64,000 nucleotides of DNA from Octopus sinensis (taxonomy: Eukaryota). The notes under the pieces are model-generated. The model saw only the letters and a list, made by a program, of their open reading frames with translations, was not told where the DNA came from and made no database searches. Location of the stretch: NCBI RefSeq assembly GCF_006345805.1, contig NC_043019.1:25481360-25545359 (forward strand), given 5' to 3'. This document shows, in pieces, positions 25,926-37,864 of the stretch (its first letter is position 1; each line of letters begins with the position of its first letter). The position numbers and the translations under genes are program-made.

Positions 25926-26379
25926 AAGCAAAATGTAAACAAAACTGCTACAATTAATTGTAATATATATAAAAATGCCATGTGTAGAAATTAAAGATAA
26001 TCAGTTATTTTAATTAGGTCAAGTTAGTCCTCCTCCCACAAATATGGTTCTGACTATACTATATTTCTTGTCGGCACAAGTCACTAGCTAACCATCAACA
26101 AAACTGCATACACACATACACACACACACACACACTTGAACACACTTAAACACACCCTTATGCAAACACAACACACACAACCATTCGCACATTTACACAT
26201 GCACACCAGCGCGCACACACATGAACAAGTACATATACAAATACACACAAGTACAAGCACAGACACACACACACACATGCATCCACACAAATACGTATAA
26301 AGATATTAGCTCGCCTGACGCTGAGCAATTACTGATTCAAACAAAACAACCTTTCTGACCAGTTTGATGATTGCAATTT

Positions 26380-27010
26380 GTTAGTCATTTAATTGTCATT
26401 AAACATATCTCACATTCCATGTTCGTCAACGTTTCTAATCAGACCTAATTATTTAACCATCAAATCCTTTAGTATTGTTTAGACAATTCCCACTCCTCAC
26501 AAATTCACCATTATTTGCATAAATCACAAACCATCATTTAACCATCAATTGTCAAACGCTAACCACCAGTTATCAATCACAACTCATTATTTAACCATCA
26601 CCAGTTAACCATCAGTTGACAATTGTTAACCACAATGAATATACGTGTGGAGACAGCCAAAAGAAGCATTTGACCCAGACTGCCTTCTTCCAACTGTTAA
26701 ACATGGAGGAGGATCTGTGATGATCTGGGGGTGGGAGGCTACATCTTGGTAATCCGCCGGCTCAATGGTTTCTCTTCATGGCAGAATTAATAGTCAAGAC
26801 TATTTTAGCCATCGATTGTTAGGCATTAACCACCAGTTAACCATCAATTATTAACCACAAGTCACCAGTTAACCATCAGTTGACAATTAATTGTTAACCA
26901 CAAACCCTCATTTAGCCATCAACTGTTAGGAATTAACCATCAGTTTACCATCAGTTATCAACCACAAGTCACCAGTTAACCATCAGTTGTTAAGCATAAA
27001 CCATCAATTA
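26380..27010. repeat. Degenerate tandem array built of aaccatcagtt / aaccacaa motifs
   Basis: Motifs recur more than 15 times. The array is interrupted by a Tc1 fragment. Confidence 0.7.
26638..26807 (+). mobile_element. Internal Tc1 transposase fragment
   Basis: Near-identical reverse complement of about 22700-22868 (WRQPKEAFDPDCLLPTVKHGGGSVMIWG). Confidence 0.9.
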
Positions 27011-27139
27011 ATGATAACAGAAAACAGAATGTGGGTAGGAAAATATCTTTATTCAACAACAACAATATATATATATATATACGCTTATGTATTTGTTTTG
27101 CAAAGTTCCTGATGTGAAAATCATATGTTGAAACAGATG

Positions 27140-27480
27140 TTGTTTTTATATTGGGACGGTTGGTTTATTTCCTTGCCAAATAAACACACGTACTGTATAC
27201 TTGTTATTCCATTTAGCTTTATTAGTGTACTTACTTTAGTGTCCTCTCTCTGGAAATCTTTCGTCACACACCCTGCGACCTGTATAGTCCAGGGAACTAA
27301 ACAGGACAGAAAGAGAGACGAGGGATGGAGAGTCTCTGAAGAGGTCATAGGATGTGTGATGAAAGATTTCCAGACAAAGGAATCTAAAAGAAGAGTAATG
27401 ATAAAACTGAAGTGAAGAATGAGTATTCAGTGCGTGTGTTTATTTGGTAAAAAAAAAAAAATGACCGTCCCGAAATATAA
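27140..27480. repeat. Imperfect long inverted repeat (arms about 27140-27281 and 27343-27480)
   Basis: Shared blocks gtgtgtga.gaaagatttccaga, cagt.cgtgtgtttatttgg and accgtccc occur in opposite orientations. Confidence 0.8.
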
Positions 27481-27609
27481 CACTAACAAAATGTTCTTTT
27501 TATTGAATTTAAACTTAAAGGACGGTCGTGTAAGACCAATATTTCTGATAATTTTTTTCAAAAGAGAAACAAATGGAAAAAGAAAATAACATTAAGAAAA
27601 ATATCACCA

Positions 27610-27657
<48 letters not shown>

Positions 27658-28077
27658 TCATTATCATCATCGTTGTCTCTTCATTTTCTTAACTATTTTA
27701 CTATTTATACTACGACGACGATGACGATAGCTATTTCTAACATAAAGCATACAAGGTCTGAAATTTGGGGATAAGGATAATCTCGATAGCCTTAATCCCC
27801 CTGCCCTCCCCTCCCCCACTTCAGTAGGTACTTTTCTTCGATGACCCCCCACTCCCACCCCGCAAAATAATGCTACGGCAAAGTTGAACTCAGCAGGATT
27901 TGCAATCAGAGCGGGAAGGGCCAGAACATATATGGGTGCAAGATATTTCCCCCCCCCCCCGACTCTTTAACAATTTTGTCAGTCTCCTGACCTCAACAAT
28001 AACAACAAAAGCAACAACGAGCTGATGCGGATGATGATGACGATGATGAACATAATAATAATAATAATAATAATAAT

Positions 28078-28108
<31 letters not shown>

Positions 28109-28132
28109 ATAATAATAATAATATAATATAAA

Positions 28133-28164
<32 letters not shown>

Positions 28165-28247
28165 TTAATATAATAATAATAATATAATAATAATAATAAT
28201 AATATTAATAATATTAATAATAATAATAATGATAATAATAATAATAA

Positions 28248-28705
28248 TAATCCTTTCTGCTAATGGCACAAGGCCTGAAATTTGGTGGCAGGGGACTAGT
28301 CGATTATATTGACCCCAGTACTAAACTGGTTTTTATTTTATCGACCCCAGAATGATGAAAAGTAAAGTCAACCTCGCCGAAATTTGAACTCAGAGTATTT
28401 TGTACGGTATGCTAACAATTCTGTCAGCTCGCCACCTTAATAATAATAATGATAATAATAATAATAATAACAATAATAATAATAATGATGGTTCCTAATT
28501 TTTCCACAAGGGAAGTAATTCTGGGGGAGAGAGATGAGTCGATTTCGTCGACCCCAATACTGAACAGGTACTTATTTTATCGAGCCCGAAATGACGAAAG
28601 GCATAGTCGGCCTCGGTGGAATTTGAACTCAGAGCATAAAGACGGACAAAATACCGCTAAGCATTTCGCTTGGCGTGCTAATGATTCAGCCAGCTCGCCG
28701 CCTTA
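28248..28705 (-). mobile_element. Two SINE family A copies in (AAT)n tracts
   Basis: Reverse-complement family A bodies at about 28248-28440 and 28490-28705. Confidence 0.85.
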
Positions 28706-28713
28706 ATAATGAA

Positions 28714-28744
<31 letters not shown>

Positions 28745-28745
<1 letters not shown>

Positions 28746-29145
28746 TTCGTTCGTTTATTGGCCACAAGGGCTAACAAAAATCAATTAAAGCATAAAGGGT
28801 CAAAACACAGGACGAAAGCTACAAAGGGTTTTGCCCGTTTGAAAAAGTCCGTGAACAAAAGCAGGATAACAACGAAATATAAATAACAATTAAAAATCCC
28901 AATAGGGGGAGGTACTTCGAAAAGTCACTCGTGGAAAAACCCATAAAAGCCACGGGAGCCTGGTCAAAAGCGGGGTAGAGAGCCCCTTTCTCCTTTTATA
29001 TTTCCTTTTAATTTTTCACAGGTGTATCCTCAGAATTGGTCCGTTCATACTGACCATTCTTGCGACATTCACCCACCTTTCAATAAACTTGCTACCAGAC
29101 AGCACTTCCCTCTCTACTCTCATCTTCCTTTTCAAGTGAAACTTG
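28745..29145 (-). mobile_element. Tx1/L1-clade LINE 3' end (ORF2 C-terminus plus 3' UTR)
   Basis: FFKFHLKRKMRVEREVLSGSKFIERWVNVARMVSMNGPILRIHL* resembles Tx1-type ORF2 ends and a second copy at about 49720. The UTR ends gcccttgtggccaataaa followed by (att)n. Confidence 0.65.
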
Positions 29146-29147
29146 AA

Positions 29148-29664
29148 AAAATGGTATGGACTTGACAGAGCAAAAAATTGGTACAACCACAAGCCTGAAG
29201 GCATCATCGAAAATAGAAATGCAAAGATCCTATGAGATTTTGTGAATCAGTGAACCATGGGATAGAGAATAGGAAGCCAGACATAGTCTTAATTGAGAAG
29301 AAAGCAAACAATGCTGGATCATAGATATAGTATGCCCAGCTGACAAAAAGGTATGCGATAAGGAAGAAAGAAAAGTTGAGAGATATGACAGGTTAGCTTG
29401 GGAAGTTAAACAGTTGTGGTTGATGAAAAGGTAGCAGTAGTACCAATAATTGCCAGAGTCCTGGGAACTGTGAGTAAAAATCTTGAGAAGTACATGGAAC
29501 GAATAGGAGTTGCAATAAGGGTGGAGCACTTGCAGAAAACAGCACTGCTTGGAATCGCTCTAATACTCCGGAAGGTGCTCGAAAAATAAGAGGTGTTACC
29601 TTAGTTCACTGGTTGTGAACAGCTGACACCGTAGTACTTCTCCAGTGTTAGAAGCTGTGTAAAG
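29148..29664 (+). mobile_element. R4/Dong-clade LINE 3' fragment (RLE domain plus 3' UTR)
   Basis: WYNHKPEGII, RKPDIVLIEKK, IIDIVCPADK, KVERYDRLAWEVKQLW and LQKTALLG..ILRKVLEK* (TAA 29587-29589), with frameshifts. Confidence 0.9.
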
Positions 29665-29880
29665 GCAGGATGGGCTACTCAAAATGAAGAAAATTCTAAC
29701 TGGGCCCACCTGCAAGGTCATGTGCTGTTTATCTTGATATGAGATCACCATGTCGCGCACATATGGTTGTGATGCATGTGCCTGGTGTACCTTTATCAGA
29801 CGGGTAGTCATGATGGGTATATTGGGCTTCGTATATTTTACCCCAGTGTCACTTTGATGGCATGAACTGCTCTCTCACTC
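29665..29880 (+). mobile_element. 5'-truncated copy of unclassified ~550-bp element (family D)
   Basis: Reverse complement of one end of the copies at 50623, 51999 and 57532. Followed by (aat)n. Confidence 0.85.
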
Positions 29881-29899
29881 AATGATAATAATAATAATA

Positions 29900-30129
29900 A
29901 TGGTTTAAAATTTTGGTACAAGGCCAGTAGTTTAGTGGGTAGGAATAAGTCGATTACGTTGATCTCCATCACTCAATTGGTACTTATTTTTTCGGATCCG
30001 AAAGGATGAAAGGCAAAGTCAACCTCAGCAGAATTTGAACTGAGAACGTAAAGACGGACGAAATTCCGCTAAGCATTTTGTCCGGTGCGCTAACAATTCA
30101 GTCAGCTCACTGCCTCAATAATAATAATG

Positions 30130-30168
<39 letters not shown>

Positions 30169-30179
30169 TAATGATAATA

Positions 30180-30219
<40 letters not shown>

Positions 30220-30612
30220 CCTTTCTACTATAGGCAGAAGGCCTGACATTTTGGGGGAGAGGATGAGTCAATTACATCGACCCCAGTGCGTAACTGGTAC
30301 TCGACTCTGAAAGGATGAAAGGCAAAGTCGACTCCGGCGGCATTTGAACTCAGAACATAAAGACAGACGAAATACCTATTTCTTTACTACCCACAAGGGG
30401 CTAAACACAGAGGGGACAAACAAGGACAGACATAGGTATTAAGTCGATTACATCGACCCCAGTGCGTAACTGGTACTTAATTTATCGACCCCGAAAGGAT
30501 GAAAGGCAAAGTCGACCCCGGCGGCATTTGAACTCAGAACATGAAGACAGACGAAATACCGCTGAGTATTTCGCCCGGCGTGCTAACGTTTCTCCCAGCA
30601 GCTCGCCGCCTT
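29900..30612 (-). mobile_element. Three SINE family A copies (one with the alternative tail at 30377-30434)
   Basis: Reverse-complement family A bodies separated by (AAT)n. Confidence 0.85.
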
Positions 30613-30646
30613 AGTAAAAACAACAACAGCAACAACAACAACAACA

Positions 30647-30691
<45 letters not shown>

Positions 30692-31745
30692 GCAAAACCT
30701 TATGGATATTTGCTGGAAACTTTCGACAGCTCTCACCTACAATTCTCTTTCATACAATCAAAATAAACATCGTTCTTTTTCCTTGTTTATAATAAAATAA
30801 AGGCTTAAGGTGAATTTATGTGCGTTTTTTAAAAATATTTTCTTATCAGGAATGTGTTGTAAGTTAATTCAAAAACCAAGTCTTCGATGTCTCAACAGTG
30901 CTAATAAATAACAATATATAAAAATAAATTAATCAGAGCATTATTGTTCAGTCTACTCCAATCATGTTAACGTTTCTGTAATGGTCCATTAGTCGTTATT
31001 CACCGTCATACATCATCATACATCATTAGTCTTCAGAGATACAAACAAAAAAAAAAGAAGATCAATAAGGATAGAGTACAGCAATTCTCAGAGCTTCTTC
31101 CATCATTCGTTTTTCAATTTACGTATCTGAACTGTTATTCTTTTTACCTAACTTATCTATGCTACCTTAGCCATCTGTCGGAGAGTTAAATTGATATCAA
31201 TATATTTGATGTTGGGAGCATTAAAAGGCTAAGTATAAATAATGCAGCAGCGAAAAAGAAAACAACATGGAGGTTCTCTTCCTTTTTACATATTACAAGT
31301 AGGGGAAATAACTATGAACATGTTTCGGTTTCATTAAGACCTCATCATCAAAACTAATTCTTCGTTGTACTTGACAAAGTAGTGATAGAACAGTCAATAA
31401 GTAAATGTTGTAGATGGCTTGGGTTAGAAAAATAGAATTTATATACATCTTTTGAAATCTGGGGATTTACTTGTCGTTAGGTTTTCTCATTTTCTTGAGG
31501 AAATGAAGGTGTTTAGGGCGTTGTACTCAGTTTCCATGGAGTACAACTGACCAAAGCCACAGTACTCCACCTAGACGGGTGTTACTCATCTACAGCTGAG
31601 TGGGATACATTGACATGAAATGAGGTGTTTGGCTCGAGAGCACAGTGCACCGCCCAGTTCGGGAACTGAAACCATGATGGCAAGATAGTGAGTGCAACAC
31701 CCTAATCGCTAGACCCCGTTCCCTTATTTTATTGATATTCTATAT

Positions 31746-32048
31746 CAGTGATTCCCAACGTAGGGCATATGCTCAATCGGTGGGGCCTGGGAAAATTGTG
31801 GTGGAGTCCAATTTTTTTCTTTTTTTAGTGAGGCATGGAATTGTGAAAATCTTTTTTTCCCCTTATTCGATAATGTACTATTTTCTTTTGTACTCACTAC
31901 TTAATAAAAGAGTTACCGGTAGATTCTTTTATATTAAATAATTGTGATAGAATATTAAAAATAAAGTTTTTTTCCAACTACTGGTGGGGCATTCATTTTT
32001 CTGAAAAATTATATTGGGACCTGATGGAAAATACGTTCGGAAATACTG
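31746..32048. mobile_element. hAT (Charlie-like) MITE
   Basis: TIRs cagtgattcccaac / gttcggaaatactg. 8-bp TSD ttctatat / ttctacat (7 of 8 match) with central TA. Confidence 0.75.
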
Positions 32049-32468
32049 TTCTACATGACAGATCTTTCCGATGGTTACATTAAATTGTCATGGCTAAAGA
32101 TAGAGTGGGGTGAAGATCACTGTCTAAATAGAGATGACTTGTTGCACAGATTTAAATTAGAATTGTTACATGTTGTATAGGGCTAAATTAAAAACTTACC
32201 ACATGTTATATATATTTCAGTTAAAGAATTTAATTTAAGCGGCTTTTAATGTGTGGTTTTTAATTTTAAAATTACTGCAAGTATTCAAGAATGCCCACAT
32301 GCATGGGTTTAGAGTTAAAGAATTATTATATGTATGAATTTTAGATTAGGTTTATTCCAACACAAACCCTATATAATGTTACCTAAAAGTAAGTAATCGA
32401 TGGGAATGAAACCTGGCTCTGTCTCTCTGTAAATGCAATGGAGCTTGTCATTGTACTTTCACCTATAG

Positions 32469-32752
32469 ATCATCTTTGTAGGCATATACACTCGATGAAA
32501 AATCAATAACACTGCACTGAACATCGATATGTGCTCTCTTGGTTGAGACATCCCACCAATCAGTTCGATCAATGCAGTGCGCCCGAAATAGCAGCAGTTG
32601 CATCGGTCATATTTTATGAAATGCTTAGCATGGGTCGCCGACTTCAAATGGAGGAAGAAACCTGCAGCAGCTGCTTCCAGAATGAAGAATCGGCCACCAC
32701 ATTCTATATTCTATCACGAACATATAAGAGACTGAAGCAATTGCAACCTTAA
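32469..32752 (+). CDS. Candidate terminal exon (or pseudo-exon) with one in-frame TAA
   Basis: Acceptor tactttcacctatag|at. Frame (D)HLCRHIHSMKNQ*HCTEHRYVLSWLRHPTNQFDQCSAPEIAAVASVIFYEMLSMGRRLQMEEETCSSCFQNEESATTFYILSRTYKRLKQLQP*. GC content is above background. No homology recognised. Confidence 0.35.
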
Positions 32753-32880
32753 GTGATACTTGTATTTACTCTGTGAAGATGTGCAGTGGACCACATGGCA
32801 GAGAGAATGTTTGTGGAACATACGTTGGATAAAAAGTGCGGAAGATTAGACAAAGAAATGATATGGATAAACAGTTGCCC

Positions 32881-32911
<31 letters not shown>

Positions 32912-33119
32912 ATATATATATAAAGATACAGGTTTGGAGCATATACATTTCAGAACTCTGAGTTTCTTGGCAACAATTTGGTTATTTGGGTTAATACTCG
33001 CTGCTGTTGAGAAACTCAGAGTCCTAGAAGTAAGTGTTCAAATAAGTCTCTGTTACAATCTCATAACAGTCAATTTAGTTTATCGAAAAATTATATGCTG
33101 TATACTTCCAGGAGTGTTG

Positions 33120-33172
<53 letters not shown>

Positions 33173-33182
33173 GAGAGAGAGC

Positions 33183-33224
<42 letters not shown>

Positions 33225-33234
33225 AGAGAGAGAG

Positions 33235-33341
<107 letters not shown>

Positions 33342-33513
33342 CAGATGAATATGGTACTTAAGTTGTAGCACCAGAATTTAGTACAGTATTATCCATATAA
33401 TTTCAGGATTGCTCTGCATTTAAATTGATGTAATGATTGCATTGTTCAATTAAATGGTGTTGCTTGAAACGATTGTACTGTATTACCTCTGGATATCCTT
33501 GTTGCTTATTTTG

Positions 33514-33576
<63 letters not shown>

Positions 33577-34080
33577 ATGTGTGCGTGTGTGTGTGTGTAT
33601 GTATGAATGTATGTATATATATATATGTATGTATATATGTATGTATATATATGTGTGTGTACGTGTGCATATATATGTGTGTGTGTGTGATAATATATAT
33701 TATCATAAATAGTTGTCTGTAAAATCAAGTGTAAATTCAACCGGAAAATCTTTTCATAAAGTGAGCTTAAAGCAAAGTCTGTTCCATGTTTAAATGAATT
33801 ATTTACCGTGTAAGGTGTAGAGTGGTACATCAAATGACGTTAATCTAAGTTAAGCCAGTATTTAATGCCCTGTCATAATTAATGCCAAATAATTTATATA
33901 TATATGAATGTGTTCATTGTTTCCGAATGTAAATAGTGGTTAATAGTTGATGCCTTAAGTGTAGAGTTGGATTTAAAACCAACATTTGTAGAATGATAAA
34001 TAGATTCACTAACTACAGTCTATAAAGGTTGTATATGAAAGTCGTCGTCCACAATCGATATTATTGGTTTACAGAACGTT

Positions 34081-34248
34081 TTATAAGCCGCCAATTTTCT
34101 CAATCTCTTCCATCTGCATCTGGGTCTTTTCGTTGTTTTCTTCTTCCTCCATGATGGTGTCGTAGTTGATCTCGTCGGCCACATTCTTGATGTTCCATAT
34201 GTTAAGTGTTCCATCGAAAGATCCCGTGAATAGCTTGTTATCAACTAT
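34081..34248 (-). CDS. Terminal coding exon of a WD40-repeat protein (WDR86-like pattern, not certain)
   Basis: Acceptor ttcccccgacacag|ata. IVDNKLFTGSFDGTLNIWNIKN is a typical WD40 C-terminal half (L.TGS.DGT...W), followed by an acidic tail and TAA. 168 nt in phase 0. Confidence 0.8.
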   Translation of the reverse strand: MVDNKLFTGSFDGTLNIWNIKNVADEINYDTIMEEEENNEKTQMQMEEIEKIGGL

Positions 34249-34325
34249 CTGTGTCGGGGGAAAAAAAAAACAAGAAATATTATCAATGAAATGTTTGTTG
34301 ATGCAAATATACTAAATCTGTTTCG

Positions 34326-34827
34326 GGCGAAGTTTCGTTTGTCGTAGCACACGTTTCCGTCAATTTCCTCCGTCGATTGTCGATTTCCTCCGTCGATTTC
34401 CGTAAAAAATGTAAACACTGAATCGGCCATACATACATACATACACACACACATACTTACACACACACACACACACATACACCACACACATACATAGTAC
34501 ATACACAACCACACATACATATACACATACACGAGAAAAAAGTTCAGTTATCTCTCTCTTTCACACTTACTCTCTCTGTATCTTCGCACACACTAACAGA
34601 AGCACTTCACTTACACAACATACTGTCTGTCTCCCACACCCCATCAAACACACACACGGGGACTTCAAAAAGAAATTTCCTCCTCATAAAATCGCTTCCT
34701 CTTAGTCTCTTTCGCTCTCATTACTTCAAATATTCCCGCAAAGCCATATGTAAAAAAATAAAAGTTTTTTACGGAAATCGACGGAAACGTGTGCTACGAC
34801 GTGTGCTAGGACAACTGAAACTTCGCC
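34326..34827. mobile_element. Non-autonomous DNA transposon (MITE) with GG..CC termini and 8-bp TSD, Merlin-like
   Basis: TIRs ggcgaagtttc..gtcgtagcacacgtttccgtc..atttccgtaaaaaa and the reverse complement. Perfect TSD ctgtttcg at 34318-34325 and 34828-34835. Confidence 0.8.
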
Positions 34828-35029
34828 CTGTTTCGGGAAGGAATCGAGCATGAGTAATAGATACAAGAAACATACGGCAGTCAATATGAGTATTTAATTA
34901 TGTAAACGAATGCATTAAATAATTAAGCGTGAATATTAATTACGTAGTGGAGGCGCGTGGCTTAGTGGTTCCGGTGTCAGCATCATGCTCTTAAGATTGT
35001 GGTTTCGATTCCTGGACAGGAGAAACAAT

Positions 35030-36566
35030 TGTGTTGTGGTGGTTGTGGTGGTGTGGTGGTGGTGGGTGGTTTGTGGTTGTGTTGTGGTGGTTTGGTGTGG
35101 TGTGGTAGTAGTATGTGGTGGTGGTGGTGGTTTTGGTGGTGTGGTGGTGGTTGTGGTGGTTGTGGTGGTGTGTGGTGGTGGTGGTTGGTGGTTGTTGTGG
35201 TTGGGTGGTGCGTGTTGTGGTGGTGGGTGGTGGTTTGTAGTAGTAGTAGTGGTGGTGGTGGTATAGGTGGTGGTTGTGGGGTTTTGGTAGTGGTGGTGTG
35301 GGTGGTGGTGGGTGGTGGTTGTGGTAGTTGGTGGTGGTGGTGGTGGTGGTGTGGTGGTTGTAGTAGTAGTGGTGGTGGGTGTGGTGGTGGGTGGTGGTAG
35401 GGTGGTGGTTGGTGGTAGTAGTGTGGTGGTGGTGGTGGTGTGGTGGTAAGGTAGTAGTGGTGGTGGTGGTGTGTGGTGTGGTCTAGTAGTGGTGGTGGGT
35501 GGTGGTGGTGGGGTGGTAGGTAGTAGTGGTGGTGTTGGGGTGGTGGTAGTCGGTGGTGGGTGGGTGGTGCGTAGTGGTGGTGGTGGTGGTGGTGGTAGTA
35601 GTGGTGGTGGTGGTGGTGTGTGGGGTAGTTGGTGTTGGTGGTGGGGTGGTGGTGGTGGTGGTGGCAGTGGTGGTGGTGGTTGGTCGGGTGGTGGTAGTGG
35701 TGGTGGTGGTGGTGGTTAGGGGTGGTGGTGGTGGTTGTGTGGTGTGGTGGTGGTTTGATGGTGGTGGTGGTGGTGGTGGTGGGTGGTTGTGGTGGTGGTG
35801 GTTGGGTGGTGGTTGGAGTAGTGGTGGTGGTGTGTGGTGGTGGTTGTGGTGTGGTGGTGGGGGTTGTGGTGGTGTGGTGGTGGTTGTGGTGGTTGTGTGT
35901 TTGTCTTATAGGAGTGGTGGTGTTTGGTTGGTGGTGGTGGTGGTTGTGGTTGGTTGTGGTGGGTGGTGGTGGTGGTGGTGGGGGTTGTTGTAGTGGTGGT
36001 GGTGGTGGTGTGGTGGTTGGAGTAGTGGTGGTGGTTGGCGGGTGGTGGTGGTTGCTGTAGTGTGGGGTGGTGGTGGTGGTGGTGTGGTTGTAGTAGTGGT
36101 GGTGGCGGTGGTGGTGGGTGGAGTGGTGGTGGTGGTGGTGGTGGTGTGGTAGTAGGGTGTGGTTGGTAGTGGTGGTGGTGGTGGTAGTAGTGTGGTGGTG
36201 GTGGTGGTGGTGGTAGTAGTGGTGGGTATTCGTAGGTGGTGGGGTGGTGGTGGTTGGTGGTGTGGTGGTAGTAGTGGTGTGGTGGGGTGGTGGGGTGGTG
36301 GTGGTGGTGGTAGTGGGGTTGGTGGTGGTGGTGGAGTGGTGGTGGTGGTGGTGGTGGTGGGTAGTGGTGGTGGTGGTGGTGGTGGTAGTAGTAGTGGGGG
36401 TGGTGTTGTTGTGGTGGTAAGTAGTGGTGGTGGGTGGTGTGGTGGTAGTAGTGGTGGGGTGGTGGTAGTGGTGGTGGTGGTGGTGGGGGGTAGTGGTGGT
36501 GGTGGTGGTGTGGGGTGGTGGTGGGTAGTAGTAGTGGTGGTGGTGGTGGTGTGGTGGTTGTTGTAG
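35030..36566. repeat. About 1.5-kb imperfect (GGT)n/(AGT)n G-rich microsatellite following a SINE C-like head (34945-35030)
   Basis: Almost pure G/T on the + strand. It is the source of all poly-Gly/Val/Trp ORFs. Confidence 0.95.
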
Positions 36567-36770
36567 TTTTTTTTAAATGACTTTTAACTGCTATTGTTGA
36601 ACGATATCCTTATTTCCGTTTCAGCAAACGATCGGATTCCCAAATCATTTGCCAAACAAACTTCGAATAATACCACTAAACACGCACACACACACACACG
36701 CACGCACACTCACACACTTACACACACACATACACTTACACACACACACACTTACACACAACACACACAC

Positions 36771-36815
<45 letters not shown>

Positions 36816-37154
36816 TACACACATCCTTAATATCATTTTCATTGCTCGCCATTTACGACGGACAGCGTTGATTTGACGCAGAGAGTGAGCCAATGGCCGG
36901 AATGAACTTTTGCTCACTCAAAACAAATCATTTATGCAGGTCATTTGGCAAAAACTGAACGGCCATTCGTCAACTTCGATGAGAGAGTCCATCGTGTGTG
37001 TATATGTGTGTATGTGTATGTGTTTAGTATATGTTCGTTTATTTGTTTACAACACATTTTTTGAAATTAATTATATATATATATATAGGTGTGCCAAATT
37101 TTCCGTTGTCTTTTTTTTATGTAATTCTGAAAAGAAAAATCTATCTATCTATCA

Positions 37155-37207
<53 letters not shown>

Positions 37208-37275
37208 CTATCTATCTACCTATTTCTCTCTCTATTACCTATTTCTCTCTTATCTTTCTATCTCTTTTATGACTT

Positions 37276-37321
<46 letters not shown>

Positions 37322-37326
<5 letters not shown>

Positions 37327-37370
37327 GTGGTTGTATAAAGTCAACATAACGTGGACAGTCCCGTAGAGGG

Positions 37371-37410
<40 letters not shown>

Positions 37411-37460
37411 ATTCCCTCTACGGGACTGTCACGTTTATGTTGACTTTATACAACCACTAT
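37322..37460. repeat. Near-perfect ~53-bp inverted repeat around (TA)n
   Basis: tagtggttgtataaagtcaacataacgtggacagtcccgtagagggaatt, then (TA)n, then aattccctctacgggactgtcacgtttatgttgactttatacaaccacta. Confidence 0.9.
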
Positions 37461-37509
37461 ATATATTGTATATATATAATATATATATACATATATATAT
37501 AATATAAAT

Positions 37510-37864
37510 AATAATAAATATTAGGGAATAATCCAATTTACAAGGAAAAATCAGATTTAAAATTGAATCCAATTTTATAGTAAAATATTATATTATAATA
37601 AATTAGAGACAAACACTATTATGCAAATCAAACAAAGAAGACTTAAGCCAATACATAAAATAATTTATATAAATTAAAATTTTATAACTCGCTAAGAAGG
37701 TTTAGAAACCACCTGAAGAATGTCTAAGATGTGCTGACACGAAACGATCGTAGTGGTTATTCATTTGATAAATTTTAATTTATATAAATTATTTTATGTA
37801 TTGGCTTTTAAGTCTTTCTTTGTTCGATTTGCATATAGTGGTTTTGTCTCTAATTTTATTATAA

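Noticed and set aside
27330-27380. CUGAAGA..GAAA hammerhead candidate
   Set aside because: Stem I and the cleavage triplet cannot be formed in register.
34985-36566. Long Gly/Val/Trp-rich ORFs
   Set aside because: They are translations of a (GGT)n microsatellite that lacks stop codons, with no splice or codon evidence.
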